Below are positions 39,995 through 54,190 of a stretch of 64,000 nucleotides of DNA, piece after piece. Numbering within the stretch: position 1 is the first letter of the stretch; the number at the start of each line of letters is the position of its first letter. The DNA is from Octopus vulgaris (taxonomy: Eukaryota), in contig OX597826.1 in assembly GCA_951406725.2 (NCBI GenBank), positions 1,860,001-1,924,000 of the forward strand. Reading direction: 5' to 3'. Under the pieces are notes generated by a model. It was not told where the DNA came from, did no database searches, and saw nothing but the letters and a program-made list of their open reading frames with translations. The translations under genes and the position numbers were made by a program.

Positions 39995-40418
39995 AGGCGT
40001 AGGAGAGGCTGTGTGGTAAGTAGTTTGCTTACCAACCACATGGTTCTAGGTTCAGTCGCACTGCGTGGCACGTTGGGCAAGTGTCTCCTACTATAGCCTC
40101 GAGCCGACCAAAGCCTTGTGAGTGGATTTGGTAGACGGAAACTGAAAGAAGCCCGTCGTATATATGTATATGTATATATATATATGTGTGTGTCATTGTG
40201 TGTCTGTGTTTGTCCCCCCCCCCAACATCGCTCGACAACCGATGCTGGTGTGTTTACGTCCCCGTAACTTAGCGGTTCGGCAAAAGAGACCGATATAATA
40301 AGTACTAGGCTTACAAAGAATAAGTCCTGGGGTCGATTTACTCGACTAAAGGCGGTGCCCCAGCATGGCCACAGTCAAATGACTGAAACAGTTAAAAGTG
40401 TAAAAGAGTAAAAGAGTA
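39995..40418 (+). mobile_element. SINE family A (reference copy)
   Basis: GGCGTAGGAGAGGCTGTGTGGTAAG head, GGTTCAGTC B-box-like motif, internal (TA)/(TG) tract, (GTAAAAGA)n-type tail. Confidence 0.9.
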
Positions 40419-41039
40419 TATATATCCACACACACATATATAGCAAAGACAAGATGTTAGTGTTGCGCAGATATAACATTTTGTCCAAGACTTAAACGAC
40501 TCTGTCAGTTCGCCATCTTTTAGGGTAAATAAAATGTTACTGTAGAGAAGCGGGTATTGAACTGGGGTGGCGAATTCAACAAACTCTTCACAATTCGTAA
40601 GTTCGAACCTCGTGCCACCGTTTGGCTGCAATTCGGCACCAAATAACTATATTCTTCATTATTTCGGATCACTTAACCATCTGGATTAGATGTGTACCAT
40701 ATCGTCTGAGAATGTTACTTGTGATATGGTCGTCGTCGTCGTCGTCGTTGTGGACGTTGTTATTGTAGGCGTTGGTGTAGCTGTTTAGCCCCAGGTCGAC
40801 CCTTATCAAGAGGACCTATGATCACACGACGACCTATGATCACACTGCTATCCGGAACAAAACAGATGAATAAATAAAAAAAACAAAGCAAAGCAAATGT
40901 AAATAAATCCCTGCGGAAAAAGAGACACTAAACAATAGATCATTAATTATTTTTCTTTTGAACTTCTGCTCAATCTATTTATCGATTCGTGATATTGTTT
41001 GTAGTCTGTGACTATCACTCTCTCATTTCTTCCTAACTA

Positions 41040-41360
41040 CATCTCTATCTTAGTTCTCTCTTTCTCTCTTTCTTGCTTCTCTCTGCCTCTTTATATCTCT
41101 AGTCTTACTTCTCCCTGTCTATCTATATCTTTTGTCTTAGTTCTCTGTGTCCATCTATAACTCTTGTCTTAACGCTCTCTATCTTTATATCTCTGTCTTA
41201 ATTCTCTATGTCTGTCTTTATATCTCTGTCTTAATTCTCTATGTCCATCTATATAGCTGTCTTAATTCTCTGCATTTATATATGTCTATGTTTTAGATCT
41301 CACAGTCTATCTATATCTCTGCCTTACTCTTCACTCTCTAATCTATATATCTGTCTTTCT
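41040..41360. repeat. degenerate ~30-bp CT-rich minisatellite
   Basis: Recurring TATATCTCTGTCTTAATTCTCTATGTC. Confidence 0.7.
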
Positions 41361-41911
41361 ACTCCTTTCTTTTCTCCTAGCGCTGTCCTCAATAAACTCT
41401 GTTTGTGAACTTTAGTGTGAGTCAATTAATATGTTTATAAACTAACAGAACCAGAGACAAGATATCTGATTCTTGGACTTCCCAGTGAGAGATACATCAT
41501 GCCGCACGGTTTCACATCGTCATCTGATGCACGAAGAGGTCTTCCATAGAATTTGTCCAGCTTCAAACATTCGGATGAGACTTTCAGCAAAGGATCTTCA
41601 GTGACTTTTCAACGAATTGTCAACATATTCTCTCGCCCGCCCCAAGATAAAAATAAGGGAACTTAAATTTCGTTGGTCAACCCAGTCTTCGCTTCTCTAA
41701 CACCTACGAATGCCACTCCAGCCTTGGCATTTGGTATTCACCTCTTACAAACACACAAACCCCACTCCATGTTTTCGTTTTTGAAGTTCAAATTCCTCAA
41801 CCCTGTCTATAGACCATTTTTGCTATTTCGGGCACTCCTTCCATTGCTATCCCAACTTTTCTGCTTTTCAGGGATTGGTGGATCTTTAGATCTTTATCTT
41901 GTTTTTTTATT

Positions 41912-42275
41912 ATTTTTACTTCAGTCATTTGACTGCGGCCATGCTGGGGCACCGCTTTGATGTGTTGATCAGTCGAACAAATCGACCCTAGAAAATATTT
42001 TTTTTAAAAGCTCAGTACTTATTCCATCGTTTTCTTTTGCCGAACCGTTAAGTTACGGGACGTAAACACACCATCACCATTTGTGAAACGTTGATGGGGG
42101 GACAAGCAAAAACACAACATACACACACGACAGGCTTGTTTGAGCATCCGTCTACCAAATCCACTCACAAGGCTTTGGTTGGCCCGGGGCTATAGTAGAA
42201 GACTCTTGCCCAAGGCGCTACGCAGTGAGACTGAACCCGAGACCATGTGGCTGGTAAGCAAGCTACTTACCACAT
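41912..42275 (-). mobile_element. SINE family A
   Basis: Reverse complement of the family consensus. Confidence 0.85.
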
Positions 42276-42799
42276 ACAGTATCTAATATATTCTTCGATC
42301 TCTTAAGACAACAGGGCATGATTTAAATGAAACTAAGCTGGGGCCTGGGAAGCCAGGAGGCTGCACCAGGCTCCAGTCTAATTTGGCAGTGTTTCTACGG
42401 CTGGATGCCCTTCCTAACGCCAACCATTCTGAGAGTGTAGTGGGTGCTGTTTTTTATGTGCCACAGGCACAGGGGCCAATTTCCTGCCTAGTACTCATTT
42501 CAGATCCTCAGTTTATCTTTTCACTTTTCATTCTTTTCTTTCCTTCTAACTTCCTTCCCGCTACCCCATCTCTCTATCCTTCTCCTGAGCCTTCTCATTC
42601 TACCTTTGGAACACAAGCACCACTATTTTCTTCCTTTTTTTTTTGTTAGTTTTTGTCATGTAGTGTCCCACAGTTTGAAATACTTGCAATTTGTATTTTT
42701 ACTGCTTATTTTAGCTCTGCTTGATACATTTCCAAAATGAAACATTTTAATATGCAAAATATACTTCACATTATTATATATACTATGCATTAATGCAAA

Positions 42800-43297
42800 A
42801 AATATTGTGTTTATTGGTTATCTTCAAAATGATCACACTCTCAATGGAAAATTTCAATACCAACTTCCTAAGGCAGTTATGAAAGGCTATCAAGACCAAA
42901 CACCCAGCAAAACTGATGAATGGGGTCTTGTTTCATTGGGACAATGCTTCAGCACACAAGTCCTTAGTTTCAATGGCTGCTGTGTGTGACTGGCTTTGAA
43001 CTGGTTGATCATCCTCCCTATGTTAGTGATTTGGTTCCTTCTGGTTATCATCTGTTTCCCAACATAGAAAAACACTCAGCTGAGCACCAGTATCACTATG
43101 ATGAGAAAATCTTATCTGTTGTTGATGACCATTTTGACCAACAGAAAAGCTTCTTCACCAGTTCGACCCAAGCACTGCAACTACTTATGGGAGTGTGTGG
43201 ACAGTAAGAGGAACTATGTTAGAATATGAACTTCATTTGGTCACATTCCATTGAGAGTATCTTGCTCAGATTATGAACATTTCAGCCGACCCTCATA
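42800..43297 (+). mobile_element. decayed mariner (DD34D-type) transposon, 3' half
   Basis: GFELVDHPPYVSDLVPSGYHLFPNI (HPPYSPDLAPSDYHLF motif). The right TIR ends TTTCAGCCGACCCTCA|TA. Confidence 0.85.
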
Positions 43298-43419
43298 ATA
43301 ATAAAAATTATTATTATACCTGTATTTGTTTTAATGTTAACATTGGGAAAATCCACATTTTTCATAAAAAAATTAGGACCTGGGTTTGCACCCCCTTAGC
43401 AAATTTTGTTGCTGGGCCA

Positions 43420-44371
43420 CTGTTTGAGGACACCATTTTTGGGCCATTGCTGCATTTTCTGCTCACTCTGTATAATCTTTGTTTCAGAAAATAATAATGG
43501 CAGACACTCAGTTTATTCAAGAAATGGAAAGGAATGCTGTTATTGTGGCTATAAAGGCTGAGCATAGCGATTTAGAAATATCTCTATTCTTAAAATTTGC
43601 CCACTCTTTCGTCTACAAAGTTTGTGAGGAGCTAGAGACTGAAGATGGAAACGTATCACCAGTATCAAAGCATAAAAAACACATTCTAAACGCTTTGAAA
43701 TCATCAGAACACCTGAATTCATCCAGGAAGTTCAACAGACCATTGATTATAATCCCAGAAAGTCCATGAGGTGAATTGTAGAAGATCTCCATGTGTCAGA
43801 AGGAACAGTCAGAAATGTTGTCCACAAAGACATCAGATATAAGTCTTAGATGATGAGGAAAGGTCAGTTTGTTAGATAAAGCAAAAGAAAATCACTACGT
43901 CTGATCTAAAAGGCTCTGAAACAAACTGAAAATCCAGAAGATTCAGTTTTTCTGAAACGAGAAAAAACTTCGACCAAGATCAATAAGTTAGCAGAAGAAA
44001 TGACAGATGGTTATGTACAGACCCCTATGAAGTTCCAAGTGTTATGCATACAAAATTTCCTGCAACTGTCATGGTTTTAGGGGTTGTCAGTAATGAAGGA
44101 CAAGTGATGCCTCCTTACTTCTTTCCACAAGGCCTTAGAGTTAACTCGGCTGCCTACATTGAGGTCCTGGAAATAATTGTTAGGCCCTGGATAGACAGTG
44201 TATGCAATGGAAGGCCATATGTATTTCAGTAAGACTCTGCACTATTACACATGGCTCTGGTAACACAGAAATGAATGGAAGGCTGAAAATTTTCATGATC
44301 ACATAACTCCTAACATTTGGTCTCCTAATTCCCCAGATCACACTCCATTGGGCTATTACAAGTGGAGCGTT

Positions 44372-44421
<50 letters not shown>

Positions 44422-44699
44422 TAATGAACACGCCCATAACACCAAAGATTCTTTGAAAGCTGCCATAGTCAGAGTAATGTCCAAAATGAACCAGGACCAC
44501 ATGATTCGAGCATGTAGATGATTTAGATCTTGTATAGAAGCAGTTGTTGAAGCTGAATGTGGCTTTAATGCATAACATTATTGAAAAGAAGGTCTATTTT
44601 TTATTTTCATAGCATTTTATGATAAATAAAGTTATTATCTGTTATTATATACCTGTTTCTTTTATAAACATAAATCTGTCCTCAAATATCTTACGCACC

Positions 44700-44702
<3 letters not shown>
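43420..44702 (+). mobile_element. near full-length decayed maT/DD37D-like Tc1/mariner transposon
   Basis: TKFPATVMVLGVVSNEGQVMPPYFFPQGLRVN...RPYVFQ*DSA and WSPNSPD motifs. Right TIR TGTCCTCAAATATCTTACGCACCCTG|TA, partial left TIR TTTGAGGACA at ~43423. Confidence 0.88.
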
Positions 44703-44774
<72 letters not shown>

Positions 44775-44960
44775 CCCTCTTAGCGTTTGGCATGTATGTA
44801 TAATGCCTTCTGGCATGTATGTATAATGCCCTCTATATATAAATTAATATGTTCAATAAGAAATAATTATTTTCGAAATTTTTTCTCTTATGAGGTTTTT
44901 ACGCTATCTACCTGACAATTTCTTGTTAAGTTTTCCTTATTAAGTAGTTGTCCTTAATTG

Positions 44961-45036
<76 letters not shown>

Positions 45037-45073
45037 GTGTATGTATATATATATATATATATGTATATGTTTG

Positions 45074-45111
<38 letters not shown>

Positions 45112-45667
45112 TACACACGCAAACAGATATAGCAATCTATCTATTTATATATGCTACGGACTCTCGTACAGTTTCTGAGTTCCAAATTCCCAAATTCTCC
45201 CACAAAATATTGGTCGGCATGGGGCAGTAGTAGAAGACGTTTGAACAAGACGACCTGCGGTAGGATTGAACGAGAAACTTCTTGGCTGCGAAGCGAACTT
45301 ATTAACCACGGCAGCCGCGTCAAGTGGCATTACTATTCTCTTTTGTCATTCTCGTTTCTTGTTCATTACCATTTTCCAAATGAGAAAATGTTTCGAATCG
45401 ACTTTTGATCCTTGCTAACGACACTCAGTCGTAGATATTATGAACCCCAACGCAACCTAACCCAGAGATGGACAACAACAGCCACAACAACACATACCGA
45501 CAAGCACCACAACTTTATATACACCCACTACCAACACCAGCACCAAAACCAATGATTCTTAAGCTGATAAGGCGGAATCAATATTGTGTTTATGTATATA
45601 CAAACATGCATACATATATACATGCATACATACACACATACATACATACATATATACATGCATGTAT

Positions 45668-45710
<43 letters not shown>

Positions 45711-45974
45711 CATACATTCATACACACAAACACATATATACATGTATGTTTGTACGTTTATATATGTATATATATATGTGTATGTATGTATAACTTTATA
45801 ATATTGTATTATATTTCATATATATGTATATGCTATATTAATTATATTACACACACACACCTATATGTATATATATATGGCTATGTTCTGAGTCTTTCTC
45901 GTGTATGTGTGTGTGTATATGTGTATGTGTGCATGTGTATACAAATATGTAAATATATACACATACATACATGT

Positions 45975-46016
<42 letters not shown>

Positions 46017-46057
46017 TATATATATACACATACATACATATATATATATACATATAC

Positions 46058-46108
<51 letters not shown>

Positions 46109-46110
46109 CT

Positions 46111-46162
<52 letters not shown>

Positions 46163-46793
46163 TAGTGTACAGACATATTGCATTGCTTTACAACAGTCGC
46201 CAGGTCTCTCCCGTCATTATACGAAGTCGCAAATGCATTTGCAGGAAACAGAAAAGAAAATCACAAACTCAAGACACGACGCCGCCACCACCCACCACCA
46301 CCACCACCCCCACCACCACCACCACCACCACCACCACCACAACCCACCACCACAAACAACAACAACACCAACAACGAAGTAATAATAAATAAGACAGCAA
46401 GCAATAAAGAAGTGAACAATAAAAAAAGACGAGAGCCCCTGATATTCCTTTGAACGTGGAAATTATGTTTTAACAGAATTCGCTAGTCTCCGTCATGTTT
46501 TAGCGTGATACGCCATATCATGATTGCATTTTGTCACAGTCAACAAGTCGTCTAGCGTGGCTTGGCACCGCGCCCGCCGACACCACCACCACCATCAGCA
46601 CCACCTCCACGACCACCACGACCACCAGCACCACCACCAGCACCACCACCAGCACCACCACCAGCACCACCACCAGCACCACCACCAGCACCACCTTTCT
46701 TGTTTCTTTTATATCTTGCTTTCTTTCCTTACAGTTCTGTATCACATTTTCTTTCTTCCTTCTTTCCTTTCTTACTCCGCATCTATCTATCTA

Positions 46794-46889
<96 letters not shown>

Positions 46890-47810
46890 CATCTACCTAC
46901 CTACCTACCTACCTACCTACCTACCTACCTATCTAACTACCTATCTATCTATATATCTGTCTGTCTATCTGTTTGCCTCCGTCCGTCCGTCCGTCTGTCT
47001 GCCCCTCTCTCTCTTTCTCTTATCCATCTCTCTCTCTCGTTCCATCATCCTTCCTTCTTTCCTTCCTTTCTTGTATTTCTAACCCTTAACTCTCACTACC
47101 TCTCCCCCATCCTCACACTCCCACCATCATTTCTCATTTTACCAGTTTTCATTATTAGTACAACAGCGCACCAAGAAACAAAGCCACGCCAGAAGACCAA
47201 TAAATGCGCCATGTTCTCCTTACCAATTCCTTCTGCCACTACAACCCCCGCTGCACCATCGCCCCAGTGTCGTCTGCTCCCTTTTTCTCTCTCGGCCATT
47301 ATCTTTGTCTTAACTCTCATTGTTGTTGTTGTTGTTGTCATATTGCTGTTGCCAATGTTGAGGAATGGTAAAATCGTTAGAGTGTCCGACAAAATGTCTT
47401 GGCAGCGTTCGTTCTCGATCTTTATGTTTTTGAGTTCAAACCTCGCTCAGGTCCATTTTGTTTTTAAGCCTACGAAATAAAAAGAAAAAAAAAACCAAAA
47501 TAAAAGTCAATTACCGGAGGCGATTCTTCTACCACTCACCCAAAACTCACTCCCTTCCTCCTTCTTTCCCTCACTTAATTCCCCTCTCCTTCCTCCCTCC
47601 CCCTCTCTCATTTACTCATTCATCATTCTTTCATTAATTCAGTCAGTCACTCATTCAGCTACTCAGTCAGTCAGTCACTCACTCACTTACTTACTTACTT
47701 ACTTCCCCCATCACTCACTCAGTGACTTACTCATTCATCACTCATTCATTAATTCAGTCAGAGAGAAAGAGGGAGAGGGAAAGAGAAAGAGATGAAGGTT
47801 TTTGTGTATG

Positions 47811-47863
<53 letters not shown>

Positions 47864-48021
47864 ATACGCGTGTGTATGCATGTGTGAACCACGTCTCTTT
47901 ATCTCTGAGTGCGTATGTGCATTTTGTGTATGCGTGTGTGTGCCTGTCTCTCTCTCCCTGTCTCTCTGTCTCTTTCTATGTTCTCTCTCTTTAGAGCGCA
48001 CCGACAGTGTGTGTGTGTGTG

Positions 48022-48083
<62 letters not shown>

Positions 48084-48774
48084 GTACATATATATCATTC
48101 TGTTGGACTTAATAAATATTGTTGCTTCGCGTGATTAAGAATAAATAACACGGTTTGGATGTGTCGTGGAAAACCGGAGACAGAGAAGAGCAGAGAGAAC
48201 GTAGGTGGGGGGGGAGGTGAAACTAGGGTAGATGATAGTGATAAGAGCGATGGAAGAGAAATAAGGGTGGATGGCAGTGATGGGGATGGTGAGAATGACG
48301 GCAGAATAGAAACAGGAATGAGACGAACAACAATATTGATAAGAAATAGGAGAAAGAGATGGAGAGAGGGAGAGAGAGAGAGGCAGAGGGTGAGAGAGAG
48401 AGGCAGAGGGAGAGATTGAGGGAGAGAGAAACAGGGAGATAGAGAGAGAGAGTGAATGGTGAGCGATACCGAAAGAAGGACAGACAAATACACAAGCAAC
48501 CGGATCCTGCGGTAGCTGTATACATACATTCATACACTCACACACATGCGTATATACGTACATAAGTTTATGCATGTGTACACACGCAGACACACACACA
48601 CATACACACTCACGCATGCACGCACACTCATACACTCACACACACACACATGTAAACATACATATGTAAACACATACACTCATAATACACATGCAAATAT
48701 ACGCATGCATACATACACACATTTATGCATTTCTATGGATATATATATGTGTGTATATATGTATATATATATGC

Positions 48775-48828
<54 letters not shown>

Positions 48829-50059
48829 TCACACACACAAGCATATATATATATATACATGTATATATGTATAGCAAATGAAAGACAGAAGATGGAACTT
48901 ATTATTAATCACGACAATTGTTTCGACATCTAGCATCTGATCCCTGTATTAAGATGCGTAGATATATCACATCACAATTAGTCATAATATAGGTATTATT
49001 TTTGTCAAAGATTCTCAATGAATGTTTTTATAAATCGTGACTTATTTGGAGTTACGACATATGTCTATAAAGTGAATTGGTGGATGGAAAATGTCGAATT
49101 CTAAAACATATTTCGTTTAGAGAATTGCACCTCTCTTAAGGCGGTGTAAAAAAGACGGAATCAGTCTGTAACAAACACCCAAAAGAGTGGAATTGAATGT
49201 AAAGCTGTCTGAAATCGGACAAACGTGCTGAAATGGAGATACAAATACACGCCCCAAATCGTCAAAGGACAGTGTCAATTCCAAAAAGCGAAAATGTCAA
49301 AAATGTTCGTATGATGATAAATACATACTGGCGAGCTGGAAAACCTATTCCCCGAACTAGACACGATCCTTGAGCACCACTGTTTTATAGTAAACGCTTA
49401 TTTTTTTCATTTTATCCCTTTACTTTTTGATTTAAATATCCTCCATCTCTTTCCTTTAGTCTTTTTCGTCTCTCATAACCTTCGACCTATACTGTTAAGT
49501 TTTGACGAAACCTGTATGTGCATGTAACTATGAATTGCTATGTCTACATTCCCATAGCTACCACTGACTTTCATACAAACCTAATAAATACTCAGAATTA
49601 CATTCGTTTGCCATTTTAAGTACAAGGATAAACCGTTTACGAACAAGAGATTATTATATACACAAGAAAATATCCACATAATAACTCATACTATTTAATT
49701 TTATTTAATCAATTAATCTTGAAAATTTATGCATTTTTCGACAAACCACAAGGGAGAGAATCAAACTGAATTTCGGAGTTATGTCCCTGGATCATATATT
49801 TCATTTTTGTAACGTAAACAGCATAATCACATTCTTTTTCTCAATTTTCCCTCATCTTCGGCAGATTACATGCTGCAGTCATTTTTGTTTCCGTCAAGCC
49901 TGAAGAATGTTTGAAGTTAGCATTCTAGAAAGTTCTAAGGCCATAGGCTGATCCTACTTCATACACGAAAGCAATAGTTTCCTGCATCTTATATAATTAT
50001 GTTTGCTCCAAGAGGTAATGTTTATCGCCACTTCCATATGGCTGTTCCGTAGGACCCGA

Positions 50060-50240
50060 CGTTACTACCGTTTTTAAGCCCAGGAGAAGTCTCCTCCAGT
50101 AGGTTATCGATGCAATTAGCACCCGATATATATTGCAAGCAGGGAAGCGAACCCCTACCATCTTCAAGCAGACGACGGGATCACCAGACAGTACGATTTC
50201 GAGCTAATTGTGTTCATCCTCAGTGGTGGACACCCGTCCG
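50060..50240 (-). mobile_element. third, diverged retrozyme-family copy with a hammerhead (50182-50228)
   Basis: Minus strand CACCA-CTGAGGA-...GCTC-GAAA-TCGTACTG-TC-TGGTG, then CTGGAGGAGACTTCTCCTGGGCT at the same relative position as in the other copies. Confidence 0.6.
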
Positions 50241-50414
50241 CTAGAGATAGCAGTAATCCGCTCCAGCTCGTAATATATGTAGAAAAATAAGCGACAATCA
50301 GCCACTGATCTTTGCACTGTATTCACTATTCTCTCTTCCAAGGAAACACATTTCTTATTTTGTTTCAGTTTCAAAACTGCGGTCATGCTGGGGTACCATC
50401 TTTAAAGATAAAGC

Positions 50415-50482
50415 CTCCCAGACGGGGAATCAAACCCTGGTCTCACTCGTGCCAGGTGGGGATACTTACCACTATACTGCCG
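50415..50482 (-). pseudogene. tRNA-Asp(GTC) pseudogene
   Basis: Minus strand AGTATAGTGGTAAGTATCCCCACCTGGCACGAGTGAGACCAGGGTTTGATTCCCCGTCTGGGAG follows the eukaryotic tRNA-Asp sequence. The anticodon reads GGC, the T-loop is mutated, and the 5' acceptor strand is lost in (TA)n. Confidence 0.8.
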
Positions 50483-50545
<63 letters not shown>

Positions 50546-50571
50546 TGTATGTATGTATGTATGTATGTATG

Positions 50572-50619
<48 letters not shown>

Positions 50620-51440
50620 TATTACGTGAAGTCATTTACATATCTTGGAAATAAAGTGAATTTGAGCGCTTCCTTTGATGATGAAATCGTCCACCGTTTT
50701 GCAAAGACAACCAACACATTTGGCAAACTTTGTCATTGCCTATGGAATGAAAGAGGCATCAAACTTGGCACCAAAGTACAGGTTTATAAAGCAGCCATTC
50801 TTACTACCCTCTTGTATGGCTCAGAATCGTGGATTCCCTATAAACGACGCATAACTAACTAAACATCCTCCACAAAGACTGTCTGGGGACAATCTGCGGT
50901 TATTCTCTAAAAGATAAAGTTTTTAATGTCGACTTGTTTAGCAAGTGTAAGATTGGTGCAATTAAGAGCTTCCTTTTACAATCACAGTTGCGATGGGCTG
51001 GCCATGTCGTCGACGAAAGAATACCCAAAGTCTTCATGTACAGCCAGTTTGAGAGTGGACAGAGGAATGCTGGTCGACCATGGCTCAGATATAAGGACAA
51101 GCTGAAGAGTAACCTCTTAGAGATGACGATAGCTCACAACAAATTTGAGTGAACAGCCTTGGACCGAACAAAATGGAGATCGTTGTGTTAAAATGGTATT
51201 AAAAACATTGTAGCAACCAGCGTTAACAGGCTTCGGAGTGCAAGGCAAAGGCAAAAAGCGGCTGCAGATATACCACCTGCACTGACCTGTGTGTAACTCT
51301 CATACTTATAACATCTGTGGCCATCTTTGCAAATCGTTGGCAGGACTTAAATGTCACATTCGAAAGAAGTATTATGACTGACAAAGAAAGAGTACGTTGT
51401 CGGAGCCTCGTACGTCGTAACCGACGGGAGAGTCCATCAT
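50620..51440 (+). mobile_element. RTE-clade LINE, 5'-truncated
   Basis: FTYLG...FGKL..LWNERGIKLGTKVQVYKAAILTTLLYGSESW and QLRWAGHV..ERIPK...GRPWLRYKD motifs, a C-terminal C2H2-like finger (ICGHLCKSLAGLKCHIR), and tail CGTCGTAACCGACGGGAGAGTCCATCAT. Confidence 0.92.
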
Positions 51441-51968
51441 ATATATATAGTTGAGGTGTGTTCTGTTAAGAACGTATTAGAGTACAAATAGAGCTCGTTC
51501 ACCCTTAGAATTCCCAAATAGCCAGTAGCACTATTATGGTATGCTACCAATTCTAGTCTTAGGTATTCCTCGGGTGTGAAAAAGAGTGAAAAAGAAGAGT
51601 AAGAGCTGGGTTTTTAATAATCACTACAAATGTTTGGATACATACAGATCCACGTATATACAGGATTTAAAGCTAAATTTGAATTTAAATTAAATTATGT
51701 AACGATTTACCGGAATAAGAAGATCCATATGAATCTCCTCAGGCGATATTTAATTGGTGTCCCCGTAAGTAAATCTAGATTTCCATGCTACAACATTCAC
51801 GGCTCCTTTATGTATCGAAACGTTTGTAGTGATTATTAAAAAGCTGATTTTACTCTTCCTAGGCTCGAAACGTTGAAGACTTTCACTTCCAGAGCGTTAA
51901 ACTAATACATCTGTTTGTTGTCTACATCACCTGTCTTCGTCTTTTGTTTTTTTTGTGTGAATTGTCTT

Positions 51969-52014
<46 letters not shown>

Positions 52015-52280
52015 ATCCAACACACACACACACACATGTATATATATCGACTCCAGTGCTCAATTGGAATTTATCTTATCAACAGGGTTTCAACTCAGAC
52101 TGTAAGGAGCTGGAATAAATACCGCAAAGCTGTTTTTCCGACGCTCAACCGATTCTGCCATCGAGGCCACCATTTTAGAGAGAATGGGGGTGGATGGCGG
52201 GAGGAGGGAAAACTATCATATCGATCTCCAGCATTTGAGTGGTATTCTATTTCATCAATACTGGAAAGATGAAGGGCAAT

Positions 52281-52349
<69 letters not shown>

Positions 52350-52493
52350 GTGTGGTGGTGGTGGTAGTAGTAGTACTGGTGATGATGGTAGTACTAGTAG
52401 AAGTATTGGTAGCAGTAGCAGTAAAAGTTGTAGTGGCGGTAGTGGTGATGTGGTAGGTAGTAGTCTTGATGACGATAACAGTGGTAGCAATAT

Positions 52494-52536
<43 letters not shown>

Positions 52537-52625
52537 CAGCGGTAGTGGTGGTGGTGGTGGCGGTCGTGGTAGCTGTAGTAATAGTAGTAGTAGTAGTAGT
52601 GGTAGTAGTTGTAGTAGTTGTAGTG
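52281..52625. repeat. (TAC)n followed by (TAG)n/(GGT)n tracts
   Basis: Direct reading. Confidence 0.9.
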
Positions 52626-52896
52626 GTTGCGGCAATAAAAACAGCCGCCGCAATAAACATCAGGATATGGAATCCAACGAAAGCAAGATGTCACAGAACA
52701 CTTGAATTCCATGATATAGAAGATATTGGTAAGGTTTCTTGAAAATATCTTTTAACAGCGACTTCTGAGAAGGAGAGAGGGAGAGAGGGAGAGAGAGAGA
52801 TGGAGAGAGAGGGACAGAGAGGGAGAGAGAGAGAAGATTCGAAATGTAGTGTTGTATGTACGAGAAAATAAATGTGAGAAATGGAGATAAAAGATG

Positions 52897-52948
<52 letters not shown>

Positions 52949-53322
52949 GGGAAGAGAAGTAAAGAATGAAGGAAACTGAGAGAGAAAAGAAAAAGAACAA
53001 AAAAACCCCAACAAAACAAAATAAAAACAAAAGCAAATAGAGATGGAATGGCTTAATTTAAAATGTCAGGCTATGTTTCCAAGACAAAAGGATTCTCATC
53101 CAAAGTTCGTTGCCATGGTAATTTCAACATTGACAGTTCTGTTATGAAACAAGGAAAAAGTTCTTACCAATTATATGTGCGTTTGTGTTTGTGTGTGTAT
53201 GTGTCTGCGTGAATGGATATAAATATGCATATACGCATAAGCATATGCATACTTACATAAATATAGTGATGTGTGCGTGCATTATGCATATATAAATATA
53301 TGTATATGCATATATGTATGTG

Positions 53323-53400
<78 letters not shown>

Positions 53401-53416
53401 TGTATGTATATATATG

Positions 53417-53447
<31 letters not shown>

Positions 53448-53763
53448 GTATATATATATTTATTTATATGTATATGCATATATGATATCCATATGTATGT
53501 ATGTATACATATCAATGTATATATACATACGTATATGTATATATCTTTATGTCTATGATTCTCTATATATACGCATGCACACAGCACACACATACATGTA
53601 TACACATGTACATATATAAAAAATATATATGTATACACGCACATACACACATATATGTGCATATCAACGCACACATATTTGTACGCGTGCACACACATAC
53701 ATATATCAGATATATATACAAATGTGCGTATAGGTGTATATCTATGCATAGATGTAGTTGTAT

Positions 53764-53833
<70 letters not shown>

Positions 53834-54190
53834 TCATACACACAACACATATATCTTCAAATGTTGCTGTTTATCACCGAAATAAGAGCGTACTCAATAC
53901 ACAATAAAGAGTATATTGTTTATTTAAACAGAATTATTTTTCATTTAAAATGTCAAGCTATGTCTTCAAGACAAAAGACTCTCATCGAAAGTCCGTTGCC
54001 ATGGAAATTTCAACATTGACAATTCTGTTATGAAACAAGGAGAAGTTCTTACCAAATATGTATCTGTGTGTGTGTGTGTGTGTGTGTGTATACGTTTGTA
54101 TGTTTCAATGTATATATGTACGTATGGAAGTATGTTTGCATGTGTCTATGAATTTATGCTTGTATGCAAGTATATACGTATGTGTGTGTG

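Noticed and set aside
46524-47480. Longest ORF in the window (318 aa, poly-His start)
   Set aside because: Built from (CAC/CAG)n, (TATC)n, (CT)n and (CTAC)n tracts plus a SINE remnant. No domain is recognisable.
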